Notes under the pieces: model-generated | The model's database searches: none | What the model saw: only the letters and a program-made list of their open reading frames with translations | What the model was told of the DNA's origin: nothing | Part shown: positions 27,791 to 39,200 of the stretch, in pieces | How positions within the stretch are numbered: the stretch's first letter is position 1 | How the letters are laid out: the number at the start of each line of letters is the position of its first letter | Source: a virus | Virus record (IMG/VR): IMGVR_UViG_3300037264_001145 | Location: 1 to 64,000 of that record | Reading direction: 5' to 3' (one strand) | DNA: 64,000 nucleotides | Position numbers and translations under genes: made by a program

Positions 27791-29055
27791 TGGCGATCAC
27801 ATGGTACGTCGATAAAATTAGTGGGTCTGGTAATGGCGGATCTTCCGAGGGGTCGCCAAAAGCAAGTGGAACTGGTGCCGCGACTGATGAGACTACTATC
27901 ATTGACCTGAGCGTTGATGCGCCCGATCTTTCTGCGGTTGTTATTGGTGACACAATTAGACTTAACGGAAGAACAGACGGGATTCGTAGTACAGATATTT
28001 TTCGGATAACAGCCAAAGATGACGGTCTTGATACTGTCACAGTTACACCAACTCCAGGATCGACTACCAGTGGAGTAACGTGGGCTATAGGCGGTGCATT
28101 TAACACTATAAGCAAATCTATGTTGGTCTGTACGTCCACGGATACGATATGGATTAAAGATTCAGCTAATTATCAAGAAACTATTACGATTAGCGTTTTG
28201 AGCGCAAACACAAACATAGTTGTCGAGGGTTATACAAGTGTAACTGGCGACGGCGGTATGGTTACGGTTGATGGCCAAGGTGTTAGAAGTTATGGGTTGA
28301 ATGAAACAGTAGGAGCACCTGGCGTTTATTTTTATTATGTTTTTAAAAATATTGAATTTATAAACCATACAGTTCATGGAGCATATATTTCTAATGGACT
28401 TATGATAACATTTAAAAACTGTTGGTTCAATGATAATGCAGAAGATGGTTTTGATGCTGATCTTTCTCATTATTTAAGTTTTGAAAGGTGTCGGTTTAAC
28501 GATAATGGAGAAGATGGTTTCTGTAGCGGAGCAGACTCGGCTACTCAACGGCATTGTTTAGTTGGTTGTGAGTTGATGAGAAATGTTAGTCGTGGTTGTT
28601 TTGTTTCAAATGCTATTATCTCTAACTGTGTCTTTTTCGATAATGGCTACGCGCAAATAGAAGTGTGGTCTTCTATAAATATCTTTATAAACCACTGTAC
28701 AGTAGACGGTAAAGACAAAGATAACATTGGAGTTACTTTTGTTGACAGAAACTATATATCTCCTGTTATAATAAATACTATAATTACTAGATGTGCGAGT
28801 GGATTTGTTGCCGCAAGTGGCATTGGTGAAATGATGACTTCTAGAAACAACTTATTCTATAACAATACAGAACATTATATTGGTGGTGCTTTTACGTCAG
28901 AAGGCGAGGTTTTAAGTAATCCATTATTTATTAATCAATTTATACAAGACTATAGATTACAGACTTCTTCTCCTGCTATTGGCGCTGGTTACGATGCGTC
29001 TAGTATTGTTGGTATTAGTAGTCAATGTGATATTGGTGCTTATCAAAGCGAGTAA
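27790..29055 (+). CDS. Beta-helix virion protein, copy C
   Basis: WYVDKISGSGNGG; C.FNDN ladder; DYRLQ..SPAIGAG...DIGAYQ. Confidence 0.7.
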   Translation: MAITWYVDKISGSGNGGSSEGSPKASGTGAATDETTIIDLSVDAPDLSAVVIGDTIRLNGRTDGIRSTDIFRITAKDDGLDTVTVTPTPGSTTSGVTWAIGGAFNTISKSMLVCTSTDTIWIKDSANYQETITISVLSANTNIVVEGYTSVTGDGGMVTVDGQGVRSYGLNETVGAPGVYFYYVFKNIEFINHTVHGAYISNGLMITFKNCWFNDNAEDGFDADLSHYLSFERCRFNDNGEDGFCSGADSATQRHCLVGCELMRNVSRGCFVSNAIISNCVFFDNGYAQIEVWSSINIFINHCTVDGKDKDNIGVTFVDRNYISPVIINTIITRCASGFVAASGIGEMMTSRNNLFYNNTEHYIGGAFTSEGEVLSNPLFINQFIQDYRLQTSSPAIGAGYDASSIVGISSQCDIGAYQSE

Positions 29056-29065
29056 GGAATAGTCA

Positions 29066-30721
29066 ATGTCAACATATTACGTAAGTGCTGCTTCGGGAGA
29101 TAATGGGAACAGCGGATTAACAGAAGCTCTTGCGTGGGCTACTATTGATCATGGAATGAACACTGTCGCTCCTGGAGATCATGTTTATGTTAAAAGTGAC
29201 GGTAATTACAATGAATTAGTAACTCTAGACACCGTTGGGTCTGGTGCGAATTACATAGTTTTTGAAGGATACTCAGGCACAATAGGAGATAACGAAAGAG
29301 CAACCATAGATGCTCAAAACACAAGAGCTAATTGTCTTGTAGATTCTATAGCCAATGGCCTTCAGGCTTTTTATGTCTTCAAAAATCTTAGATTTACGGA
29401 TGCTACTGGCAATGGAATTGTTGTAGAATGTTCTTCTTTAAAATTCAAAAATTGTAGAGTTGATAGTTGTGCTTCTTGGGGCCACTATACTTACGGTGCC
29501 GTTCTTGAAGATTGTGAATTTGACAATAACGGAGAAGGATCTTTTTATACTAATAATCATACATATCTTGGTTGTAAATTCAGCAATAATGGTAATGGCG
29601 ATGCAAATGGTTCGATAGACACTATTTTCTATGGATGTACCTTTTTTAGTGCAGTAGAATATGGTATATATGTTCATACTACCGCAAATTTTACATACGT
29701 ATTTAATTGTACTTTTGATGGAGATAGCAAAGATACGGGGATTGCCTTTGATTGTGAATTTGGCGACAAACAACTCGTTTCGGTAAATAATCTCTTTTAC
29801 GATAATGGAGTTGCCTTAAGACACCCCATTGGTCAACGATGCGTCTCTATGAACAACTTATTTCATAATAACACAAGCAAATATCAATTGGGGGCAGACA
29901 CATACACAGATGAAATAGAGGGTGATCCAGCTTTTATTGACGAAGGAGCAAATGATTATAGATTAGAAGCGGGTTCTTCTGGTATATTTAACGGTTTTGA
30001 TTTTTCAAAAATAAAAGGCTTTTTCCCTGGCGGGATGGATATCGGTGCCTTTCAGGTTCTTGGATCGGGATCTCCGTCACAATGGATAGAAACATCCGGC
30101 GACAGAAACTTAAGTATGGGTGGACACTTAGATGTTTCTGACCAGATAGACTATTCTATACATGGTTATGCTCCAAAAAATAAGTCGTTAAATCTTATTT
30201 TTACTTATCCTAGCTTCCATAATTACCCTACATTAGACTTTTTCCTTAAAGCTCCAGAACCCGTAAATGATTCCATTGATGTATTTGTTCACGGCCACGC
30301 CCTTAATAGTAATACTATTGGTTTGTATACTTCCGCCCAGTTTGTTCAAACAATAGTAAGTCTATACATTAAGGGAGAGGCGGTATCTCCCGAAGAAGAT
30401 ACGTTTGGTATATCTCTAGATCAATTAATAAAAAATGCAGACTTCAATCCCCAAATCATTGGTAGGTTTACCACTGAACCATCGAGCGTGACCATAGAGT
30501 TGTGGGATTTGATGAATAATAATTCCCCACTTTCTTTGTCGAGCTATGATTGTTATGAAATAGGGGATACTGATAGATGGGCGTGGTCTACTATTAATTT
30601 ACCTCCACTAACAAAAAGGGTAAATCAATTTGTTTATAGGATGACGGCGAATACGGCGGAAGTGTTCGAGGGAGATTTTATCGTGAAAATAAAAAAAATT
30701 GGTAAAGAAAGGGGCAGATAA
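29066..30721 (+). CDS. Beta-helix protein, copy D, fused to a short repeat stalk and anchor-like domain
   Basis: Beta-helix, then DIGAFQ, a few DLFI-like repeats and a GRFTT...WAWST domain. Confidence 0.75.
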   Translation: MSTYYVSAASGDNGNSGLTEALAWATIDHGMNTVAPGDHVYVKSDGNYNELVTLDTVGSGANYIVFEGYSGTIGDNERATIDAQNTRANCLVDSIANGLQAFYVFKNLRFTDATGNGIVVECSSLKFKNCRVDSCASWGHYTYGAVLEDCEFDNNGEGSFYTNNHTYLGCKFSNNGNGDANGSIDTIFYGCTFFSAVEYGIYVHTTANFTYVFNCTFDGDSKDTGIAFDCEFGDKQLVSVNNLFYDNGVALRHPIGQRCVSMNNLFHNNTSKYQLGADTYTDEIEGDPAFIDEGANDYRLEAGSSGIFNGFDFSKIKGFFPGGMDIGAFQVLGSGSPSQWIETSGDRNLSMGGHLDVSDQIDYSIHGYAPKNKSLNLIFTYPSFHNYPTLDFFLKAPEPVNDSIDVFVHGHALNSNTIGLYTSAQFVQTIVSLYIKGEAVSPEEDTFGISLDQLIKNADFNPQIIGRFTTEPSSVTIELWDLMNNNSPLSLSSYDCYEIGDTDRWAWSTINLPPLTKRVNQFVYRMTANTAEVFEGDFIVKIKKIGKERGR

Positions 30722-30722
30722 T

Positions 30723-31058
30723 ATGGCACTACTAGAGTACGATTATTCATTAGACGATCCGATATCTTTAATCGGAGACTTTGTTACGGGAGAAACTGTT
30801 AACATAGAATTGTGGGTTGATGGTGTTGAGCAAGGTATATCTCCGAGTGGGTGTGATGAAATTAATGCAACTGGAAAATATTCTTGGTCAACCGGGAATA
30901 TTGTTGCGTTAACAGCAAGTAGGGTTCAATACCACTGGAGAATGACAGATAGTGGACTTAATACTGTAGAAGGAGATTTTGTTCTCAAGAGTGTAGAGGG
31001 CGATGACGGACAAATGCCTTCGTTGAACAATAAGGATTCGTATATTATTTCATTTTAA
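30723..31058 (+). CDS. Stand-alone anchor-like (possibly Ig-like) domain protein
   Basis: IGDFVTGETVNIELW...C.EI..TGKYSWST...WRMT...EGDF aligns with the C-termini of ORFs 25307 and 29066. Confidence 0.65.
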   Translation: MALLEYDYSLDDPISLIGDFVTGETVNIELWVDGVEQGISPSGCDEINATGKYSWSTGNIVALTASRVQYHWRMTDSGLNTVEGDFVLKSVEGDDGQMPSLNNKDSYIISF

Positions 31059-31068
31059 GGGGTGAAAC

Positions 31069-31614
31069 ATGGCTTGGGATACTGATTTGGTATTAACCTT
31101 GAGGGTTCTCATAGGAGATCTTAATGATCCCCAGAAGAACACAGACGATTATTTGGAAACGGTTTTAGTGGCCGCAGGAATTTTTGTTAATAATGAAATA
31201 GACTTATCAGAAGATTATGTTTTTGATATAGCTAATGTAACAATTACTCCTGATCCAGTGGCAGAAGGAGATGTGCAGGCCCAAGCACTTTTACCATTAA
31301 AAGCCGCGTGCATCCTTAATCAGTCCAGTTTTCAAACGGCTCTTTCTCAGGGTATTAAAGTTCGAGACGGAGATTCCGCCATTGATACTAGCGTTGGTTT
31401 TGATGGTTACAAAAATATATTAAAGCTTGGTCCTTGTGCGGCTTACGAACAATTGAGATTGCAACTGCAAGCCTCCGGCAGTTCTCTCGTGGGTCGCGCT
31501 GTACTTGGTGCTTATAGAGGACCGAGTAATTCGCCGATAGACACGGTAAGATGGTTCTATGATGGCGTAGCTTCTTTGGTGAATAATTGTCGTAATGGTG
31601 GGGGAATTAATTAA
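31069..31614 (+). CDS. Head-tail adaptor (connector) protein
   Basis: LRVLIGD...DDYL..VL pattern; position downstream of the head genes. Confidence 0.65.
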   Translation: MAWDTDLVLTLRVLIGDLNDPQKNTDDYLETVLVAAGIFVNNEIDLSEDYVFDIANVTITPDPVAEGDVQAQALLPLKAACILNQSSFQTALSQGIKVRDGDSAIDTSVGFDGYKNILKLGPCAAYEQLRLQLQASGSSLVGRAVLGAYRGPSNSPIDTVRWFYDGVASLVNNCRNGGGIN

Positions 31615-31626
31615 AGGAGAGTATAA

Positions 31627-32868
31627 ATGTCCATGTGGTTAAGACAATCAACTGCGGTAGATTTAGGCATTGGTGCTTTTGTTAACAACGTAGACGAATT
31701 TACACCATCTGGTGGGTTAACAATTACACAACCAGACATAAGACTAAAAAAGAACAACGGAAACTGGGCACAAAAGAATGCCTCACAAACTCTTCTTCAC
31801 GAAGAAAATGGCTGGTATGAACTTTCCCTTAACGAGACTGATACTAATACTCTTGGGTCTCTTATTGTTGCTGTAAGTAAAGCCGATACACTGCCAATAT
31901 CTCGTGAGTTTTCGGTAGTTCCATCCAATGTATGGGACTCTTATTTTAGTAGCAGTAATCTTGATGTAAATGTGGCGAGTATGAACAATAACGTAATTAC
32001 ATCTGGAACACTTGCCGCAAGCGCCATAGATAAAATTGCTGACGGGATTTGGGATGAAGTTTTAACTGGTGCAACTCACAATATTTCATCATCAGCCGGT
32101 CGTCGCCTTCGAGTTTTGGCAGATAATAATTTAGATGATGGCGTGGCCCAGAGTGGAAATGCGGATTTGATTCAATTAGCCACAACCGCAAGCACTACTC
32201 CTGGTTTGTATGTTGGCTGTCAAATAGCTATTGTTGGAGGAACTGGTGCGGGTCAAAGTCGATATATCGTTGGTTATACGGCTGGACGAGTAGCTTATGT
32301 ATCCAGGCACTGGATAGTAACCCCCAATGCTACATCGGAATATGCGGTCTACGCGGACAATCAGGTTTTATTTATTCATATGGGATTAGCCCAAGGTGGA
32401 GATGCAACTCATATTACTCTGCAATCAACAGCCAGTTCAATAAATAATATATATAAAGGACAAGTGGTTCGTGTTCTTTCTGGCACTGGTGATGATCAAA
32501 TGCGTTCGATTATAGCATACGACGGAATATCTAAAATAGCGGAAGTTGGGAGAGCATGGGAAGTTCCTCCGGATAATACAAGTTATTATGGAACCTCGAT
32601 GACTGGATCAGACGTTTATGTTGGAGCAATTGATCAGGCTAGTATTCTAGCAATCGTAGATTCTTTATTGAAGAGAGATATGAGCGCTATTTCTGGAGAA
32701 GCCGCGAGGTCGTTGTTAAATGCTATCCGTAAACTTATGAACAAATGGTCAATCACTGGTACTGTATTAACAGTAACTAAAGAGGATGATGCAACACCAG
32801 CTTTTACACAAAATATTACAAATTCTCCTGGCGCTGATCCGATAGTCGGTTTAGATACGGTGGGATAA
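31627..32868 (+). CDS. Virion structural protein
   Basis: MWLRQSTA...NGWYEL N-terminal domain; two internal AQ.G....I.L...AS...Y.G..V.I..GTG..Q.R.I..Y repeats. Confidence 0.65.
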   Translation: MSMWLRQSTAVDLGIGAFVNNVDEFTPSGGLTITQPDIRLKKNNGNWAQKNASQTLLHEENGWYELSLNETDTNTLGSLIVAVSKADTLPISREFSVVPSNVWDSYFSSSNLDVNVASMNNNVITSGTLAASAIDKIADGIWDEVLTGATHNISSSAGRRLRVLADNNLDDGVAQSGNADLIQLATTASTTPGLYVGCQIAIVGGTGAGQSRYIVGYTAGRVAYVSRHWIVTPNATSEYAVYADNQVLFIHMGLAQGGDATHITLQSTASSINNIYKGQVVRVLSGTGDDQMRSIIAYDGISKIAEVGRAWEVPPDNTSYYGTSMTGSDVYVGAIDQASILAIVDSLLKRDMSAISGEAARSLLNAIRKLMNKWSITGTVLTVTKEDDATPAFTQNITNSPGADPIVGLDTVG

Positions 32869-33569
32869 TGGCAGTAGGATTTAAAGGATTAATTGATTTC
32901 GTTGGCTACTCTGTGGGAGTACTACCCGTATTCCCAATCAATGATAGCCTTGACTTATTTATATATGGCCAATCACTTCCCTTATCTCAAGATATCTCTT
33001 TAATAATCAAAGGATCAAGCCCACCACCAACCATTGCTTGTCCAACCCTTGATCCGTTAGCTCCCATACAAATAGGCGGTGATTTAATTAAAATTTATCA
33101 GGATAGGATTGATTCTTTAATTAATCAACTGGGAAAGAACGTCTTGTTTATATTCGATCCTATTATAGAACCGTGTACAAATTGTGTGTTCGATACTGAA
33201 AAAAATAGGTCTACTGGGGTTTACAAGATAGGCGGTCCAATCCCATTCACAAGAGGATATAAGTGTCCATATTGTAAGGGGCAGGGTTTTCTTGAAAGAG
33301 CGGTAGAGAAATGTGTTAAATGTTTAATTAAATGGAATCCAAAAGAATTCAAAAATTATGGAATTTCCGTACAGAAGAATCATGCGGTTGTTAGATTAAA
33401 AGGATTTTTAACAGACGCTCCATATATGGTAAAAGCTAAAGCTGCTATTGTGGATCACGATATTAAAAAGTCATTTAAGTTGATAGTGAGATTAATACAG
33501 GGACCAATACCAGTTGGCCTTAGAGAAGACCGATACTGTGTTTCTTATTGGGAATTAATAGATTTATAA
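32868..33569 (+). CDS. Putative head-closure/neck protein with Zn-binding motifs
   Basis: PCTNC, KCPYCKGQG; position in the neck module. Confidence 0.55.
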   Translation: MAVGFKGLIDFVGYSVGVLPVFPINDSLDLFIYGQSLPLSQDISLIIKGSSPPPTIACPTLDPLAPIQIGGDLIKIYQDRIDSLINQLGKNVLFIFDPIIEPCTNCVFDTEKNRSTGVYKIGGPIPFTRGYKCPYCKGQGFLERAVEKCVKCLIKWNPKEFKNYGISVQKNHAVVRLKGFLTDAPYMVKAKAAIVDHDIKKSFKLIVRLIQGPIPVGLREDRYCVSYWELIDL

Positions 33570-33581
33570 GAGGAGAAAAAT

Positions 33582-34034
33582 GTGGTAGACAAGAAAAAGA
33601 AAAGTAAAAAAGAAATAGCCATTAAAGACAATGTTCGCATTATCTTAAGGGGGCCAGATGGAAAAATCAAACATGAAAGTGTCCATAACACTGTAACTAC
33701 TGCTGGAAAAGAGGGGGCCGCAGATCAGATACTTGCGTCACCAACTTTGCCAAAGGTAGGTTGGATGGCCATTGGAACGGGTACGCCCGCCGCAACTTTA
33801 CTAGGCACTGAAATTGATCGCAACGCCTTCACAACTAAAACTCGTTCCGGCGCTATCGTTACAATGGTTGGAGACTGGGCTGCGGGAGACGGGACTGGCA
33901 CTATCACCGAAGCTGGTATTTTTGACGTAGTAACAGCAAACACTGTTAATATGTGGGCGTCTGCGTCTTTCGGAGCTATTACTAAAGCTGCTGGAGACAC
34001 CCTCAAGATTACGTGGACATTGACATTTGCATAA
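33582..34034 (+). CDS. Virion structural protein (tail-fibre/baseplate-associated type)
   Basis: MAIGTG.PA..T.LGTEI.R...GDGTGTITEAGIFD; GTG start. Confidence 0.6.
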   Translation: MVDKKKKSKKEIAIKDNVRIILRGPDGKIKHESVHNTVTTAGKEGAADQILASPTLPKVGWMAIGTGTPAATLLGTEIDRNAFTTKTRSGAIVTMVGDWAAGDGTGTITEAGIFDVVTANTVNMWASASFGAITKAAGDTLKITWTLTFA

Positions 34035-34044
34035 GGGGTAGGTT

Positions 34045-34773
34045 GTGGCAGATACCAAGATTAGCGGACTGTCGGCAGTAGGTGCAGTAATAGGAAGCAA
34101 TGAGATTCCTGTTAACGAAGCCGGAACGTCAAAAAAGGCTACTGTAACTCAATTGGCGGCATTTTTGAATGCTTCTCCTACATTTACAGGAGTACCAACA
34201 ACCACTACTCCCATAGATTATGATTCTACAACCCAAGTAGTAGATTGTCGTTTTGTACAAAAAATGGGGCGGGTTCAAGTTATAGCTTTGGCTGGTGATG
34301 CGACAGAAAACGAAACTACAAGTATGGTAGCAATTACTGGATTGACATTGCCAGACCCAGTTCCTCCGGGCAGTTATGCTTTTCAGTATTACTTGCGAGT
34401 GCGTACTGTTGGAGATGCTGCGAACAGCGTAAAGTTTGCGGTAAATCACGACGGAGGAGCAACTCTTTGTTGTTATAATTTATATTGGCCATCTACTGGA
34501 ACAAGTGCGGCAACGGGAACTATGTCACAAGAGCAAAATAATAATACGGGAAGCGTTTGGGCATTTGTCGCAACAAGGGTAATGAATACCACTCTTGGTC
34601 CACAAGTGTCTCTTACTACGGATGCCGCAGACACATTGTTTGTTATCGAGGGAATGATAGTATTAAGCGATAGTGGAAGTCTTATTTTGTATCACGGATC
34701 GGAACTTGCACAAACGAATGGAACCCAAGTAAAAGCTGGTAGTTGTTTGATTTTAACGAGATTGGACGCATAA
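34045..34773 (+). CDS. Fibre-like structural protein, triplet copy 1
   Basis: MADTKISGL...SPTFTGVPTTTTP...C-terminal beta-rich domain. Confidence 0.65.
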   Translation: MADTKISGLSAVGAVIGSNEIPVNEAGTSKKATVTQLAAFLNASPTFTGVPTTTTPIDYDSTTQVVDCRFVQKMGRVQVIALAGDATENETTSMVAITGLTLPDPVPPGSYAFQYYLRVRTVGDAANSVKFAVNHDGGATLCCYNLYWPSTGTSAATGTMSQEQNNNTGSVWAFVATRVMNTTLGPQVSLTTDAADTLFVIEGMIVLSDSGSLILYHGSELAQTNGTQVKAGSCLILTRLDA

Positions 34774-34774
34774 A

Positions 34775-35497
34775 ATGGCAGATACCAAGATAAGTGCTTT
34801 AACAGCCGTTGGTTCTGTTGTAGGAGCTAACGAGCTGGGTTTAAGCGAAACTACGGATGTGGCTTCTAAAAAAGCCTCGGTTACTCAATTGCAAACGTTC
34901 CGCAATACAGCGCCAGGATTAACAGGCTTTCCTATTGCTCCAACCGCTGCGGCAGACGTTAGTACCACTCAATTGGCTACTAGCGAATTTGTAAGAACTA
35001 AAGGGCCGGTTAAGTGTTTATCAGTAACATCTATTGTTACAAATACGGGATCAACCCTAGCAAAAGTAACCGCTCTGGACGCTGCTCTTACCATTAACAG
35101 CATTTATGTTTTTGAATATTACATAGCTGTTCAAGTTGATACGGCTCTTACAAGTAGCTTGAAGTTCGCCGTCAACTATACAGGAACCAACGGTGCTTTT
35201 GTATGTAATCTATATTTTCCTAGCGCTGGTATCTTGGCCTCTACTGGAGCAGTAGCCCAAGAACAAAACGCAACAACTGGATTTGTATGGAGCGCTCATT
35301 ACACTAGAGTTAAAAATACAAGTCTTGGTCCACAGACTGGAGTAGATGTTCTTGACGCTAATATTATGTATCGGATTAATGGGGTTATCGTGACAACCGG
35401 AACTGGTGGTAATCTGGAGTTATATCATGCTTCGGAAGAAGCTACAACATCAACTGTAAGAGTTGGGTCGGGACTGATTCTGACAAAGGTAGGATAA
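34775..35497 (+). CDS. Fibre-like structural protein, triplet copy 2
   Basis: MADTKISAL...PIAPTAAADVSTTQLAT. Confidence 0.65.
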   Translation: MADTKISALTAVGSVVGANELGLSETTDVASKKASVTQLQTFRNTAPGLTGFPIAPTAAADVSTTQLATSEFVRTKGPVKCLSVTSIVTNTGSTLAKVTALDAALTINSIYVFEYYIAVQVDTALTSSLKFAVNYTGTNGAFVCNLYFPSAGILASTGAVAQEQNATTGFVWSAHYTRVKNTSLGPQTGVDVLDANIMYRINGVIVTTGTGGNLELYHASEEATTSTVRVGSGLILTKVG

Positions 35498-35498
35498 C

Positions 35499-36218
35499 AT
35501 GGCAAATACAGAAATAAGTGATTTAACTGGGGTAACAGCGGTTGCCGGTACTAACGCGTTTCCCGTTAACGAGGTTGCGGGACCAACCACGAAAAAGGCT
35601 ACAGTAACTCAATTAACTGAGTTTTTAAATGAGACTCCAACTTTTACAGGTGTTCCTGCCGCTCCAACCGCTGCGGCAGATGTAAGCACTACTCAAATAG
35701 CTACTACCGCTTTTGTACAAACTAATGGACCTGTTAAAGTAAAATCTATAGCCAGCGATGCCACTGCTAATGCAACGACCGGCATGGTGAAAATAACGGG
35801 TATGGATGTGACCGTACCAGCAGGCACATATCAAATAGCATATTATATTATAGCACAAACTTCTGCCGCTACCACCTCTCTTAAATTTGCCGTGAACCAC
35901 ACCGGAGCATCGGAATCGGTTTTCTGTTATAATCTTTTCTTGTCCAATACTGGTGTTACGGCGGTATCTAATGCTATAGATCAAGAAAATAATGTTACAA
36001 CTGGGCTTATGTTTTCATTTGATGCAACTCGTATAAAGAATACTACACTTGGGCCGCAAGCAAATACTACCGACGCAACTGCGGATTTATTTTACATTAT
36101 CCGGGGGTTGATTTTATTAACGAACACCGGCACCTTAGAATTATACCACGGATCAGAGACGGCTGCAAGTACAACTGTTAAGGCTGGAACGTGCGTAATT
36201 ATAACTAAGGTGGGGTAA
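35499..36218 (+). CDS. Fibre-like structural protein, triplet copy 3
   Basis: MANTEISDL...PTFTGVPAAPTAAADVSTTQIAT. Confidence 0.65.
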   Translation: MANTEISDLTGVTAVAGTNAFPVNEVAGPTTKKATVTQLTEFLNETPTFTGVPAAPTAAADVSTTQIATTAFVQTNGPVKVKSIASDATANATTGMVKITGMDVTVPAGTYQIAYYIIAQTSAATTSLKFAVNHTGASESVFCYNLFLSNTGVTAVSNAIDQENNVTTGLMFSFDATRIKNTTLGPQANTTDATADLFYIIRGLILLTNTGTLELYHGSETAASTTVKAGTCVIITKVG

Positions 36219-39200
36219 TGGCTGACAGATATCTAATAGAGGGGAGTGCAGCAGACGGGTATCTGCTCGAAGACGGGACCGGAGTTTTACTTCTTGAACA
36301 ACAAGCAGTAGCTCACGAGAAAAGTCTTGGAGATACTATAACCCTGACCGATGCTAAAACCGCACTTGTCAGCATCTCTATTTCTACCGATGCTATTACA
36401 TTATCCGATGCCGAAGTTGCAACCGTAAGCGTCTCTCTTACTGATACAATTACATTATCCGACGCTGAAACCGCAATCGCAAGTGTTTCTCTTTCCGATA
36501 CAATCACATTATCTGATGCTGAAACCGCAACCGTAAGTGTTTCTCTAACCGATACAGTTACTCTCAGTGACGCACAGGAGATCGTATCTACAAAGACAGC
36601 GGACATAGATTTATTCATTAATGGTTACGACACAAAAACAACGGATATAGATTTATTTGTTCGTGGATACGAATTTTTTAATAACGATAATTTAGAATTG
36701 TTCGTACAAGGAAAAGAAACAAAAACCCAGAGCATAGATTTGTTTATCTATGGTTACGCGACTTTTACAATTGACACAGATTTGTTTATTCACGGATACG
36801 AATTTTTTAACAACGACAATTTAGAACTTTTTATACAAGGAAAAGATTCAAAAAATCAAAGTCTAAATCTTTTTATAAAAGGTGCTGATTCAAAGAACAG
36901 CGATATAGATCTTTTCATAGAAGGAAAAGATGCAAAATCCCAAGATTTAGATTTGTTCATTCATGGACACGAACCTTTTAATAACGATAACCTAGAATTA
37001 TTTATTCATGGTTACGAATCTTTTAACAACGATAATCTGGAACTGTTTATCTACGGACAAGAAGCAGAAACCAAGAGCTTGGATTTGTTTATCCAAGGAG
37101 ATGTGTCTTTCACGGCTGCTATAGATTTATTTGTTCGTGGACATGAATCTTTTAGTAACGACACCTTGGAACTCTATATCGGCGGGAAAGAGGCCGAGAC
37201 ACAAGATATAGACCTGTTCATTAACGGTCAGGCATCTTTCAATGATAGTTTAGAATTATTCATACATGGACAAGAAACAGAAACCCAAAGCATAGATTTG
37301 TTTATCTCTGGGATTATTGCTCAAACACCGTTTAATTATGATATTGACTTGTTCATTCGTGGTCATCAAACCAAAACAACAGACATTGATTTAGCGATTT
37401 TTGGAAAGAATACAGACAACCAAAGTCTGGACCTATTTATAGAAGGTTTTGATACTGACAGTAAAGAGTTAGATCTTTTTATACGTGGTTATGAATCTTT
37501 TAACAACAGCAATTTAGAACTCTTCATTGGCGGACAAGATACCAAAACACAAAGCCTAGATTTGTTTATTAATGGTTATGAATCTTTTAATTATGATCTT
37601 GACTTGTTCATTCATGGTAAAGATCCAGAAAACCAAAGTATAGACCTATTCATAAAAGGTTTTAATACCGACAACAGAGGGCTAGATCTTTTTATTAGTA
37701 GTTTTGAAGTTATTAATAACGACAACTTAGAACTCTATATTGGTGGAAAAGATAATAAAACACAAGACATAGATTTGTTCATTGGCGGTAAAGCAGCGGA
37801 ATCTATCTCCTTAGATTTGGCCATTAACGGTCACGTTAGTTTTAATGCTAGTTTACCCTTATTCATGAACGGTCAAGATGCAGAAAATCAAAGCTTAGAC
37901 TTGTTTATCGAAGGACATGATTCTAAAAATCAAAGCTTGGACTTGTTCATCAAGGGACTCGCTGCTAATACCAGTAGCTTAGATCTTTTCATTAATGGGC
38001 GTGACAACAATTCTGGCGATATTGATCTGTATATAGAAGGTAGTATAGCTAGTACACAAGCTATAGACCTTTTTGTAAGCGGTATAGGTTTTGAAAACCA
38101 AGATTTAACACTGTTCATAAGCAGTCTCAATATAACAACAAAATCTCTTAATCTTTTCATAAGTGGTCCGATCTACGCTAGTGGAGATTGCGAATTATTC
38201 ATACATGGACACGCTTCTCAAACACAGAGCATAGATTTGTTTGTTGGTGGTTACGAATCCGTTAACGAGAGTCTAGAGTTATTTATAAAAGGACAAGATT
38301 CTAAAAACAACGAGATAGATCTTTTCATAACAGGAAAAGATACAAAGTCCCAAGATATAGATTTATTTACACACGGAAAGAATTCAGAGACCAAAGATGT
38401 TGATCTATTCATTAATGGTTTCGATAATAAGACTCAAGATCTTGATCTATTTATCCATGGTAAAGATACTCAATCCGATCAAATAGATTTGGCCATCAAT
38501 GGTATAGCTGGACACAATCAATCTGTCGATCTGTTCGTACACGGAAAGAACACAGACAATCAATCTATAGATCTTGTCATTAATGGATACGCTACAGACA
38601 CCAGCGAAATAGATTTGTTCATATTTGGAATGGACTTAAATTCCATCTTTGATTCTATTGACTTGTTTATAAGCGGGCCAATCACTTTCAATAATAGTTG
38701 CGATTTATTCATAAAAGGAAGAGAAGACAACACTAATAATTGTGATCTTGTAATAAATGGACACAAAACAAATACTAACAATATAACCCTATTCATCAAT
38801 GGTTTTAACAACCAAACCGACAACGTTGATTTGTTTATAAGAGGCTTGCTATCAGAAGATAACGACATAGACATCTCCCTTGTGGGTCATGCTTCGCTCA
38901 ACGATAACATAGACCTGTTTATAAGAGGTTTTACAACCGGAGTAACATCGGTTTCTGGTGAACTTACACTGATAATGAAGGGGTCGTTTGTTCCAGTTGG
39001 AGTTTCTTGTCCAACACTAGACCCAAATACTTCTATTCAAATAGGCGACGATTTAATAGAAATTTATCAAGGTAGAATTGACTCTGTTATCAATCAACTT
39101 GGTAAAAATGTATTGTTAGAATTCGATCCAATTATTGAACCATGCACCAACTGTGTGTTTGACACCATGAACGGTAGATCAACGGGAATATATAGGGTTG

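Noticed and set aside
23354-36218. Diversity-generating retroelement acting on fibre paralogs
   Set aside because: No reverse transcriptase in the window and no template/variable repeat pair differing only at adenines was seen; one elsewhere in the genome cannot be excluded.
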